A stretch of DNA of 64,000 bases from Candidatus Bathyarchaeota archaeon (GCA_963775465.1 CAVZIW010000002.1:1-64000), one strand, 5' to 3'; positions 50,324 through 59,905 are shown, counted from the first letter of the stretch. Notes: generated by a model not told the origin, from the sequence alone. Translations and numbers: made by a program.

Positions 50324-50752
50324 ATGGGAAGAATACTGATACGCTTTAACGAGGAACAAGTCTCAGAGCCGATTGCTTCACAAATTATAATTGAGCACAA
50401 AGTGCCGATGGCAATCTTAACAGCACACATTAACTCGAAGGGCGGGGAAATTCTTGCTGAAGTTCCCGATGACCAACTTCAAAAAGTCGTCGATGCATTC
50501 CGTAAACGGGGCGTTGCTATTATGGTGCCTAAACTCATCGAAGTAGATTCAGAAAAATGCTTCAGTTGCGGCAGTTGCGTAGCACTTTGCCCTGTTGAAG
50601 CAATTACCTTAGCACCGGATTCGACTGTACAGTTTGATAAAGTAAGATGTATGGGTAGCGCTTGCGGAATCTGCGTGGATGCTTGCCCTGCTCGAGCTAT
50701 TAAATCTGTCAAGCAAAACGGTGTCGACCTAATCAGGTTAAAGAAAAGTTGA
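50324..50752 (+). CDS. NIL domain + 2x[4Fe-4S] ferredoxin (MA1822-like partner)
   Basis: NIL domain, CFSCGSCVALCP, CGICVDACP. Confidence 0.85.
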   Translation: MGRILIRFNEEQVSEPIASQIIIEHKVPMAILTAHINSKGGEILAEVPDDQLQKVVDAFRKRGVAIMVPKLIEVDSEKCFSCGSCVALCPVEAITLAPDSTVQFDKVRCMGSACGICVDACPARAIKSVKQNGVDLIRLKKS

Positions 50753-51453
50753 CTGGCAACCTTCTGAGAGAAAATTTTCTTTTCAAAGAATCTCAATGCA
50801 CGATAATTTCTGATCAGGAAAAAGCCATTAGAATAGCTGTTGCCTCAATAAAGCAAAATTATCGAGAACTTGAACTCTACACGAGGGCAAACCCCAAATT
50901 TGTCCACGCTCTATCCCCTCTTCCTATACCTGATGAACCAGTAGTGGCCAAGCTGATGGCAGAGTTTGCCCAAAAGGCAGGTGTCGGTCCCATGGCTGCC
51001 GTAGCCGGAGCCATAGCAGATTTGGCTGTCAAAGACATGTTAAATGGAGGGTGCAAGGTAGCGGTGGTTGAGGATGGAGGCGAAATATCAGCCAACTCAA
51101 ACCAACCAATCGATATAGCAGTTGCTGCTGGTGAAGAGCCACTATCGAAACGTTTTGGATTTAGATTAACAGAGTTTCCGATAGGCGTTGCCACTAGCTC
51201 AGGACGCTTTAGTCACGCTATCAGTTTTGGGGATGCAGAGGCAGTGACGGTTTTTTGTAATAATGCAACTTTGGCAGATTCTGCAGCGACAGCAATCGGT
51301 AACACTGTGAAAGGCGAAGATGCCCACGTAGGAATTCAAGCAGGAATCGACAAAGCATTGTCAATTGAAGGTGTCCAAGGAGTATTCATCCTTTACAAAG
51401 GACAAGTTGGAACAGCTGGGAAAATTCCCCAAATAATAAAAATTCACGCTTAA
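50749..51453 (+). CDS. UPF0280 / ApbE-like protein
   Basis: VGPMAAVAG, DGGEI, TSSG, SFGDA. Confidence 0.88.
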   Translation: MTGNLLRENFLFKESQCTIISDQEKAIRIAVASIKQNYRELELYTRANPKFVHALSPLPIPDEPVVAKLMAEFAQKAGVGPMAAVAGAIADLAVKDMLNGGCKVAVVEDGGEISANSNQPIDIAVAAGEEPLSKRFGFRLTEFPIGVATSSGRFSHAISFGDAEAVTVFCNNATLADSAATAIGNTVKGEDAHVGIQAGIDKALSIEGVQGVFILYKGQVGTAGKIPQIIKIHA

Positions 51454-51590
51454 GTTAGCTTTTCCTAATTTAGCCTCTTAAGCAAGGCAAGTAACTTGGC
51501 TAAGGCAACAACAAACGAAATTCCCATGAAACAAGAGTATTCTTGATTCCCACGAGCTCTGGAGCAGCGCCTTAAAGTTTACTTCAAATC

Positions 51591-51605
51591 CGAAACGCTT
51601 ATATT
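51591..51605 (+). promoter_or_regulatory. BRE/TATA promoter of leader plus aro operon
   Basis: CGAAACG-CTTATATT about 35 nt upstream of the leader ATG. Confidence 0.55.
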
Positions 51606-51639
51606 TTCAGGGACCTGACTGATTTGCAGGTTCGAAGCA

Positions 51640-51729
51640 ATGTCCAATCTAAGAAACACAGCGGTAAAAGCGGCTTCCCTGTTACACAGCTTCGAATACG
51701 GTTTTTATTATTTCGGTTATTTTACTTAA
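51640..51729 (+). CDS. Putative Phe/Tyr-rich leader peptide of the aromatic amino-acid operon (29 aa)
   Basis: MSNLRNTAVKAASLLHSFEYGFYYFGYFT*: 4 Phe + 4 Tyr in 11 consecutive codons; ends 59 nt before first aro-operon gene. Confidence 0.75.
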   Translation: MSNLRNTAVKAASLLHSFEYGFYYFGYFT

Positions 51730-51767
51730 GCCCAGAACTAAAAAATTTTTTAATAAAAGTTCTGGGC
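51730..51767 (+). promoter_or_regulatory. Attenuator-like hairpin after leader stop
   Basis: GCCCAGAACT / AGTTCTGGGC perfect 10-bp stem, loop with A6-T6. Confidence 0.7.
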
Positions 51768-51788
51768 AAAGCAAGGATGTAAAAACAA

Positions 51789-53033
51789 ATGGCAAAACTT
51801 TCCTCTAACCCAACTATAGTCGTTAAATTTGGCGGTTCTAGCCTATCTGACCACGAAAGACTCTTAAAAGCAGTTAGGGCAGTTGTAAACGAAACAAAAA
51901 AAGGCGTCAAAATTGCGGTAGTAGTTTCCGCCATGGGCAAAACCACCGATGTCCTAATGAAAACTGCCAAAAATACTTCAAACGGCAAACTAGCTAAGCA
52001 CGAGTTAGACGATATTCTTTCTATGGGGGAACGTACTAGTGTTCGCATCTTCGCCACCGCCCTTCGAAACAACGGTATTGACGCCTGCTATTTTGACCCC
52101 ATGGACAGCAAATGGCCTATCGTAACTGATGACTCATTTCAAAACGCTAATCCCATCGTCAAAGAATGTGAGAAGAACATCAAAGAATGCATACTTCCCC
52201 TTGTGAAGGCAGGTACTGTTCCGGTTATCGCTGGGTTTGTGGGTAAAACTAAAGATGGAAAAATCACAACACTTGGCAGAGGCGGCAGTGATACTTCCGC
52301 ATTCATTTTGGCTCAAGGTCTGGACGCCAATCAAATTGTCTTGGTCACAAACGCAGCTGGAATAATGTCAGGTGACCCCAAAATAATTGCTGCTCCTCAA
52401 CTTCTTCCAACAATTAACGTTACTACTCTTGTAGGATTGGCAGATTCAGGAGCCAAATTCATTCACAGTAAAGCTCTGAAGTATAAACCTAAAGATATAG
52501 ACATCAAAGTCATAAGTAATGCGCACGGCGATTTGAGTCATTCTGGGACAATCATTACGGGTGGATTAGCAACAGAACTTGACGCTGAAATTGCTCACCC
52601 AACCCAAGTTGTAGAAATTACTGTTATCGGCAATGGCTTGTCGGCAAACCCTGAAATAATCAATGCCTTGGTGGAAAAAGTTAGAGCTCACTCTATGCTA
52701 CTTGGAATGTCCATGAACACCAACTCAATCATCCTTTATGTTCCTCAAGAAAGGAGCATTGATACTCTCTTTAATCAAATTCACAAAATAACAATTGGTA
52801 ATAAGGAAACGATAGCAATGGCGGTCAAAAAGGATCTAGTGTTTATAAAAACCAGCGGAGTTGGTTTGGAGGAGACGCATGGAATAATAGGAAAAATCAG
52901 CGAGGATTTGCGTGTTAGCGGCATAAATATTTCTGGTATACTTACAATTACTTCTAGCATTCTTTTATTTGTGGATTGGAATGAAAAAGAGAAAGCATTA
53001 AAGTTAATTAAAAGCTCTCTCAAACAAAGTTAA
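51789..53033 (+). CDS. Second aspartate kinase (heads aro operon)
   Basis: KFGGSS, VVSAMG, GER, GRGGSDTS, ACT-like C-terminus. Confidence 0.9.
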   Translation: MAKLSSNPTIVVKFGGSSLSDHERLLKAVRAVVNETKKGVKIAVVVSAMGKTTDVLMKTAKNTSNGKLAKHELDDILSMGERTSVRIFATALRNNGIDACYFDPMDSKWPIVTDDSFQNANPIVKECEKNIKECILPLVKAGTVPVIAGFVGKTKDGKITTLGRGGSDTSAFILAQGLDANQIVLVTNAAGIMSGDPKIIAAPQLLPTINVTTLVGLADSGAKFIHSKALKYKPKDIDIKVISNAHGDLSHSGTIITGGLATELDAEIAHPTQVVEITVIGNGLSANPEIINALVEKVRAHSMLLGMSMNTNSIILYVPQERSIDTLFNQIHKITIGNKETIAMAVKKDLVFIKTSGVGLEETHGIIGKISEDLRVSGINISGILTITSSILLFVDWNEKEKALKLIKSSLKQS

Positions 53034-53034
53034 G

Positions 53035-53835
53035 GTGGAAAGTATGAACGAAGGTAAAACCCGCAGACTAAAAAGAATCATGCAAAAAGATAACCGTACA
53101 GTTATCGTGCCCATGGATCATGGTGTAACCATTGGACCAATTCAAGGCTTAACCGACATGCAAACCATAACTAACCAGCTAGTAAAAGGTGGAGTTGACG
53201 CTATACTTGTCCACAAAGGCATAGCTAAACGCGTTGACACAGCAAACGCAGGTTTAATCGTCATGCTTTCAGGGATGTCCAACCGTAGTCCGAACGTAAA
53301 CGGAAAAGTCCAAGTTTGTAGCGTGAAGGAAGCCATACACATCGGCGCAGATGCAGTAAGCGTTCATGTGAACATTGGAGCACAAGACGAAAATAAAATG
53401 CTTAAAAACTTAGGCAAAGTTTCTGAAGAATGCGACGAATTCGGTTTACCATTGTTAGCCATGATGTATCCGCGGGGTCCAAAAATCCAAAATGAACATG
53501 AACCAGAGGCAGTAGCGCATGCTGCAAGAATCGGTGCTGAACTTGGTGCAGACATCATCAAAACTAACTACACAGGTGACATAGAAACCTTCAAGGCAGT
53601 TGTTGAAAGCTGTCCTTCTCCAGTTGTAATAGCTGGAGGACCAAAATGTAAGTCTCCTGAAGAGATCCTTCAGACCACATGCGACGCAATAAAAGCTGGA
53701 GCTGCTGGTCTCTCGATAGGCAGAAACGTGTTTCAGTGTGAAAGCCCAACACAAATTTCCAAAGCCCTATGTGCTATAGTTCACCAAAACGCGAGCGTTG
53801 AGCAGACGCTAAAATTTCTCGGTGATAAGCGTTGA
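53035..53835 (+). CDS. aroA': 2-amino-3,7-dideoxy-D-threo-hept-6-ulosonate (ADH) synthase
   Basis: PMDHG, MMYPRG, GADIIKT, class I aldolase; adjacent to DHQ synthase II. Confidence 0.9.
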   Translation: MESMNEGKTRRLKRIMQKDNRTVIVPMDHGVTIGPIQGLTDMQTITNQLVKGGVDAILVHKGIAKRVDTANAGLIVMLSGMSNRSPNVNGKVQVCSVKEAIHIGADAVSVHVNIGAQDENKMLKNLGKVSEECDEFGLPLLAMMYPRGPKIQNEHEPEAVAHAARIGAELGADIIKTNYTGDIETFKAVVESCPSPVVIAGGPKCKSPEEILQTTCDAIKAGAAGLSIGRNVFQCESPTQISKALCAIVHQNASVEQTLKFLGDKR

Positions 53836-54852
53836 AGGAACTCTGGGTAGAAATCACACAAGATCAAAAAGGAGGAATGCAGTCTCTAATTACTCAATAC
53901 TGCGATGCAGTCGTCGAAGGGGACCAAGCTACTTTTTTAGCAAACAAAGAAAGCCTCCGAGTAATCTCTCTCTCAGCTAATAATTTGGAAAAAATCAAAT
54001 CAGGCAGTGAAATTGTAAGAATTTGCATTGAGGATAAAGCAACAGAAGACCTGATCGTGAAAGCTGCAGACTTAGGTGCGAGATACTTAATCATCAGTTG
54101 TGCTAATTGGCGTGTAATTCCTCTTGAAAATCTTATCGCAAGAATAAAAAGTAAGAGCAAATTAATAGCCGAAGTAACCAACGCCGAAGAAGCAAAAGTG
54201 GCAGTGGATACTCTTGAATTGGGAACTAACGGCGTTTTGCTTAGAACTTCAGATCCCGAAGAACTAAAAAAAACCATTGCTGTAGTTAAGCCCGATGCCT
54301 TGAATCTTGATATGGCTGAGGCCAAAATTATTACAACTAAACCCATCAGTAATGGAGCACGAGTTTGTGTGGATACCTGCGATATGATGAGCGCAGGTGA
54401 AGGGATGCTTGTCGGTAGCCAAAGTGCGGGTTTGTTTTTGGTAGAAGCGGAGGTTCATGAAAATCCATACGTAGCTTCCCGACCCTTCAGGGTGAATGCA
54501 GGTTCGTTATCTATGTACACATTGGGCAATTTGGAAACTACACGTTACCTTCAAGAGTTCAAAGCTGGAGATGAAGTTGTAGTAGTTAATCGTGAAGGCA
54601 AAACCCGAAAAACCAACGTTGGTAGAATAAAGATAGAAATTAGACCGCTTATCCTTGTTGAAGCCCAAGTGAACGGCAAAATCATAAAAACTATCCTGCA
54701 AAATGCCGAAACAATCCGAGTTGTTACACCCAAAGACTCTAAACCCGTGACAGACCTAAAACCGGGTGATGAAGTCGTCGTGCATCTCAGCCGCGAAGGG
54801 AGGAAGACACTTCGGCATATCAGTGCCTAAAGAAACGGTGATTGAGAAGTGA
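53832..54852 (+). CDS. aroB': 3-dehydroquinate synthase II, +1 frameshift near 54790
   Basis: WRVIPLEN, RVCVDT, RPFRVNAG, LQNAETI; shifted GGRHFG...ETVIEK* overlaps aroD GTG. Confidence 0.92.
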
Positions 54853-55532
54853 GTGTGAGAATCTGTGTTTCGATTCTCCCAAAAGAAATGACAGAAGCCC
54901 TAAATCTAATTGAAAAGGCAGAGAAGGCTCATTCTGACTTTATCGAAATTCGACTCGACTGCTTTGAAGAATCGCGAAACCTCAAAGATCTCAAAGAAAG
55001 CACAAGAATTCCCTTGATTGCCACAAATAAACTTGTAAACGAAAAAGGCTTTTTTGCAGGAACAGAGGCTGAACGTCAGCAAACCCTTCTAAATGCCGCC
55101 GTTAACGGTTTTGAATACATTGATGTTGATTCTTCAAGCTCAAAATGTGCTGAAACCATACGTCAACTCAGAGAATTTGGAGCAAAACCAATTGTTTCAT
55201 ACCACAATTATAATGGCGTTATAGATACTTTCAAAATGGAAAAGATTCTTAACGAACATATCGCTCAAGGCGCGGCAGTTTGCAAAATCGTTACTACCGC
55301 AAAACAGTTTGACGATAATTTACCTGTTTTAAGTTTTGTTTCTTTTGCTTCAGCTAAGTCTAAGCTGGTTTGTTTCTGCATGGGTGAAAAAGGAAAAATC
55401 TCTAGACTTCTTTCGCCCATGTTTGGTGCTTACTTTACATTTGCTTCGCTGGAAGGTGATTCAACCGCTCCGGGGCAAATGAGTATTGCCGAAATGCGTA
55501 AAGCCTACGCTTTATTGGGAGTTAAGCAATGA
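54849..55532 (+). CDS. aroD: 3-dehydroquinate dehydratase type I
   Basis: EIRLD, SYH, CKIV, MG..G..SR, TAPGQ. Confidence 0.93.
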   Translation: MSVRICVSILPKEMTEALNLIEKAEKAHSDFIEIRLDCFEESRNLKDLKESTRIPLIATNKLVNEKGFFAGTEAERQQTLLNAAVNGFEYIDVDSSSSKCAETIRQLREFGAKPIVSYHNYNGVIDTFKMEKILNEHIAQGAAVCKIVTTAKQFDDNLPVLSFVSFASAKSKLVCFCMGEKGKISRLLSPMFGAYFTFASLEGDSTAPGQMSIAEMRKAYALLGVKQ

Positions 55533-56386
55533 ATATTTCGGGAAAAACACGCATCTGCGGAGTCATAGGTGACCCCATAGAACACAGCTTAAGCCCTCTA
55601 ATTCACAATGCTGCATTTCAGGAACTTAAGATAAATTATGTATATTTAGCTTTCAAAGTCAAGCCAGCTGAAGTTGCCAACGCAGTGAACGGTATGCGCG
55701 CCTTAAACATTCGCGGTTTGAACGTTACAATGCCCCATAAGAGCGCTGTAGTAAAACATTTAGATAGAGTTGATTTGTCAGCGCAAATCGTAAACTCTGT
55801 TAACACAATCTTGAATAAAGAAAATCTTCTTTTCGGGTTTAACACTGATGGTTTGGGTGCCCTTAGAGCTTTAAAAGAAAACGGAGTTGAACTTAAAGGT
55901 AGAAAAGTTCTTTTGTTAGGGGCTGGAGGCGCTTCACGAGCTATTGCTTACGCATTGGCAAAAGAAGCTGATGAAATTGCCGTTTTGAATCGCACAGTTA
56001 AACCTGCCCAAGCCTTGGCTAAAGTTTTGGAGAGAGCACTTACCAAAAAAGTCACCGTGGGTACTCTTTCACATAGCGATATAGCTCTTAATCTTAGAGA
56101 TTCAGATATTCTTGTTAACGCAACATCCATGGGTATGAAACCTCACTTCGACGATAGTCCCGTGCCTTCTAAATTGTTAAGACCTGATTTGGCAGTTATG
56201 GATATTGTTTACAATCCACTTGAAACAAAGCTTGTAAAAGAAGCAAAGATTGCTGGAGCTAAAGTAATTAATGGTGTGGAAATGCTCATTTATCAAGGGG
56301 CCGCATCACTTGAGCTTTGGACAGGTAAATCTGCTCCTGTTGAAGCAATGCGACAAGCATCGTTAAAACACTTAATGAAGGTATAA
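55529..56386 (+). CDS. aroE: Shikimate dehydrogenase
   Basis: HSLSP, NVTMPHK, NTDG, GAGGA, DIVYNP. Confidence 0.96.
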   Translation: MNISGKTRICGVIGDPIEHSLSPLIHNAAFQELKINYVYLAFKVKPAEVANAVNGMRALNIRGLNVTMPHKSAVVKHLDRVDLSAQIVNSVNTILNKENLLFGFNTDGLGALRALKENGVELKGRKVLLLGAGGASRAIAYALAKEADEIAVLNRTVKPAQALAKVLERALTKKVTVGTLSHSDIALNLRDSDILVNATSMGMKPHFDDSPVPSKLLRPDLAVMDIVYNPLETKLVKEAKIAGAKVINGVEMLIYQGAASLELWTGKSAPVEAMRQASLKHLMKV

Positions 56387-56389
56387 CCT

Positions 56390-57262
56390 GTGTCGGGAAA
56401 AGCTACGGCGTTAGTTCATGGGGCTGCAACAATCGTCAATGCGATTGCGTTAGGAAAGGGTGCAGCGTTTGGGGTTGATTTGTGGACTAAGGCAGAAGTC
56501 AAACTAACTGATGAGCCAGGTGTTATTTTGGCAGAGATTGTGTCTGACCATAAAGAAAGCACGCTTTTGATCGAAAAAACGGCTGTAAGGGTTTTGCAGC
56601 ATTTTAGTTTGGAGAAGAGTTTTGGTGTAAAAGTAAAAACTCAATCGAATATCCCCATTGCACGTGGACTAAAGAGTAGTAGTGCAGCTGCAAATGCAAC
56701 AGCTCTTGCCGTCGTTGCGGCTTTGGAAAAACTTCGAGATGACTTAGAAATTGTTAAAATCGGTGTGGAAGCGGCTTTTGCCGCAAAAGTCACCGTAACA
56801 GGAGCGTTTGATGATGCCTGTGCTTCATACTTTGGTGGGGTTGTAATAACGGATAACTTGAACAAAAAAATAATCAAGCAGATGCAGCTGACGGAAGATT
56901 TTTCTGTACTTTTCCATGTGCCCCCCCAGAAAGTTTACACTGCTGACTCAAACTTGAATCGACTTCAAACTGTCAAACCGCTTGTGGAAATGGCGTTCAA
57001 GTCCGCTTTGGAAGGTAAAGTTTGGGAAGCCCTAACTCTTAATGGATTAGTTTACTCCTCAGCCTCCAATCTAAACCCAGCAATCGCTATAGACGCTTTA
57101 GCAGCTGGAGCTGTGGCGGCTGGTCTTTGTGGCAAAGGACCTGCTGTTACCTCTGTGGTTTCAAAGGATAAAGTTGATTCGGTAAAAGCTGCCTTGAAAA
57201 ACTATGAAGGCGAAATCTTGCAGACAAAATTGAACCGTGAAAAAGCAAAGGTGATAACATAA
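56390..57262 (+). CDS. aroK: Archaeal GHMP shikimate kinase
   Basis: TIVNAIA.GKG, GLKSSSA, TGAFDDA, G.GPA. Confidence 0.93.
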   Translation: MSGKATALVHGAATIVNAIALGKGAAFGVDLWTKAEVKLTDEPGVILAEIVSDHKESTLLIEKTAVRVLQHFSLEKSFGVKVKTQSNIPIARGLKSSSAAANATALAVVAALEKLRDDLEIVKIGVEAAFAAKVTVTGAFDDACASYFGGVVITDNLNKKIIKQMQLTEDFSVLFHVPPQKVYTADSNLNRLQTVKPLVEMAFKSALEGKVWEALTLNGLVYSSASNLNPAIAIDALAAGAVAAGLCGKGPAVTSVVSKDKVDSVKAALKNYEGEILQTKLNREKAKVIT

Positions 57263-58560
57263 CGGCAACAGTCACGATCAGAAAAGCTCGAAGACTCAAT
57301 GGACAAATTTGCGCACCTTCCTCTAAATCATACACACAAAGAATGACTATAGCTGCTGCGCTTTGCTATGGGGTTTCTAAGGTTTCTGATCCCTTATTGT
57401 CCGAGGACACCGAAGCCACACTCCGAGCCATAACCGCTTTAGGTGCAAAAGTGAAAACCTCAGAGGGTTGTTGGACTATAGAGGGTGCAAAGACTCTTAA
57501 AGGCTCAAATGAGCCAATTGACTGTGGAGAATCAGGCACAACGCTTCGTTTCATGATTCCAATAGCTGCGTTAGCCAATGGCTCTTCGACTTTGGTTTTT
57601 AGAGGTTCTCTCGATAAACGCCCAGTGGAACCCTTGCTTACAAGCCTCAAAGAACTCGGAGCAAAAGCGGATGCTGGAAATCTGGATGCCAAAGACGCTG
57701 TTTTTGTGGAGGGTGGCGGAATTGTTGGTGGGGAAACTTACATTGCTGGGGATGTGAGTTCTCAGTTTATTTCTGGTTTGATGTTTGCGTGCCCACGAGC
57801 TGAAGTGGACACAGAAATAATGTTGACTTCACCTTTAGAGTCTGCAGACTATGTCAAGATGACAGAGGCTGTTCTATCTAATCACGGAATCAAAGTGCCA
57901 GCACACGAAAAACACATACATATCCCCGCAAAACAAACCTACCTGCCTTCCGATGGTATAGTTCCGGGCGATTTCTCTTCAGCTGCTTTCCTTCTTGCCG
58001 CTGCAGCCATAACAGAATCTAGAATTCAAGTAAATAACCTCAACTACGGCAGAATCCAGGGAGATCAAGCAATTATTGGGGTCCTAAAGCAAATGGGTGT
58101 TGAGGGGAAAGTGTGTGAGGAAAGCGTTGAGATTGAAGGCTCAGGCTATCTGCTTAAACCTGTAGAAGTTGATGCTAAGAATATTCCTGACCTTGTACCT
58201 GTTATTGCTGTCTTGGCATGTTATGCGCAAGGGCTTACTCACATTTTTGGAGCTCATAGACTTCGTTTAAAAGAGTCTAACCGCCTTGAGTCGCTATACC
58301 TTGAGTTAACAAAAATGGGTGCACAAATCACCCTCAACGATGATGGTTTACTTATACAGGGTGGCTCACTTCTGCATGGTGCAACAATAGACCCACATAA
58401 TGACCACCGAATTGCAATGGCTTGTGCAGTTGCTGCTTTACGTGCAGAAGGAGAAACAACGATTCAAAATGCTGACTGTGTCAGAAAGTCTTATCCACAA
58501 TTCTTCACTCATCTAAAGCAAATAGGAGTAGATTTAGTTGGCAGGAAATTCGATAGGTAA
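57259..58560 (+). CDS. aroA: EPSP synthase
   Basis: APSSKSYTQR upstream of tracked ATG, GESGTTLRF, SSQF, KESNR, DHRIAM; apparent ATA start. Confidence 0.95.
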   Translation: MTATVTIRKARRLNGQICAPSSKSYTQRMTIAAALCYGVSKVSDPLLSEDTEATLRAITALGAKVKTSEGCWTIEGAKTLKGSNEPIDCGESGTTLRFMIPIAALANGSSTLVFRGSLDKRPVEPLLTSLKELGAKADAGNLDAKDAVFVEGGGIVGGETYIAGDVSSQFISGLMFACPRAEVDTEIMLTSPLESADYVKMTEAVLSNHGIKVPAHEKHIHIPAKQTYLPSDGIVPGDFSSAAFLLAAAAITESRIQVNNLNYGRIQGDQAIIGVLKQMGVEGKVCEESVEIEGSGYLLKPVEVDAKNIPDLVPVIAVLACYAQGLTHIFGAHRLRLKESNRLESLYLELTKMGAQITLNDDGLLIQGGSLLHGATIDPHNDHRIAMACAVAALRAEGETTIQNADCVRKSYPQFFTHLKQIGVDLVGRKFDR

Positions 58561-59641
58561 AGAATTTGTTGTTACCACGTTTGGCGAAAGCCACGGAAGC
58601 GTTATCGGCGTTATTGTGGACGGTTGCCCCGCAGGATTACCGCTAGTCGAAGCTGATTTTCAAGAGGAGCTCGATCGTAGGATTCCGGCTGAAACAAAAA
58701 TTGTTTCTGCACGTATCGAGAAAGATATTGCCAAAATATTCAGCGGTGTTTTCAATGGTCTCACAACTGGTGCCCCCATCACTTTGATGGTTGAGAATAA
58801 AGACGTGAAATCTGGTGATTACGAAGAAATCAAGGATTTGCCAAGACCTGGTCAAGCGGATTACCCTGCACGAATTAAATACGGCGGCTTTAACGATTAC
58901 AGAGGAGGCGGGCGTTTCTCTGGACGCATCACTGTTGCGTTAATCATGGCTGGCACAATAGCCAAGAAGCTACTCGGTCGATACAATATCGATGTTTTGG
59001 CCTACACACTGGCGATTGGTGACATTAAATCTGAAAAACATTTTAGTTCCGCAGAGATCAGGAAAAACCGGGATGCTGCTGCTACGAGGTGCCCCGATTT
59101 AATTTGTGCTGATAAGATGGAGCAAGCTATCGTGGAAGCTAAAAAAGAAGGTGACAGCTTGGGTGGTATAGTCGAATGTGTCGCAGTTAACATGCCTGTG
59201 GGAATTGGCGAGCCGTTGTTTGATACACTAGACGGTGACTTGGCTAAAGTGTTGTTCGCCGTTCCAGCCGTGAAAGGCGTTGAATTCGGTATCGGTTTTG
59301 CGTCGGCTAATCTTCGGGGTTCAGAAAACAATGATGCTTACAAATCAAGTAATGGTAAGGTTACAACTTTGACTGAGAATGCTGGTGGCATCTTGGGCGG
59401 TTTATCCAGTGGCATGCCAATACTGATAAGGGTAGCGATAAAACCTACTCCTTCTATCGCCAAGGAGCAGAAGACTGTTAACGTTTGTACTTTGGAGAAT
59501 GCTGCCTTAAGTGTTAAGGGAAGACATGACCCTTGTATAGTTCCAAAAGCTGTACCTGCTATCGAAGCAGCAGTTGCTATAACTTTAGCTGATCATATGA
59601 TTCGCTCAGGCTATATGCCGCAAGTTATAAAGGAGCACTAA
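58538..59641 (+). CDS. aroC: Chorismate synthase
   Basis: FGESHG, RPGQAD, GGRFSGR, GRHDPC. Confidence 0.96.
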   Translation: MAGNSIGKEFVVTTFGESHGSVIGVIVDGCPAGLPLVEADFQEELDRRIPAETKIVSARIEKDIAKIFSGVFNGLTTGAPITLMVENKDVKSGDYEEIKDLPRPGQADYPARIKYGGFNDYRGGGRFSGRITVALIMAGTIAKKLLGRYNIDVLAYTLAIGDIKSEKHFSSAEIRKNRDAAATRCPDLICADKMEQAIVEAKKEGDSLGGIVECVAVNMPVGIGEPLFDTLDGDLAKVLFAVPAVKGVEFGIGFASANLRGSENNDAYKSSNGKVTTLTENAGGILGGLSSGMPILIRVAIKPTPSIAKEQKTVNVCTLENAALSVKGRHDPCIVPKAVPAIEAAVAITLADHMIRSGYMPQVIKEH

Positions 59642-59644
59642 ACC

Positions 59645-59905
59645 TTGGATGATCTCCACGTGTTTCGCCGAAGAATAGATGAAATAGACGACCAAATCTT
59701 AAACGCTCTATGTGAAAGAGCCAAGATATGCAAAGCCATCGGTGCAGCCAAGAAAAAGAAGGGAAAACCCGTTCGCGATCTCTCAAGAGAAAATCAGTTA
59801 TTCAAACGAATAGCTGCAAAGGGAATTGAATTCGGTCTTGATGCAAGTCAACTTAAAGCGGTATACCGCGAAATAGTTAATATGTGCAGTTCAGTTCAAG
59901 AATAA
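59645..59905 (+). CDS. Chorismate mutase (AroQ)
   Basis: R..IDEID..I..L.ER....IG..K...VRD..RE. Confidence 0.9.
   Translation: MDDLHVFRRRIDEIDDQILNALCERAKICKAIGAAKKKKGKPVRDLSRENQLFKRIAAKGIEFGLDASQLKAVYREIVNMCSSVQE

Noticed and set aside
54785-54852. Programmed frameshift in aroB'
   Set aside because: No slippery motif; a single-base insertion in an otherwise intact operon is more likely an assembly error
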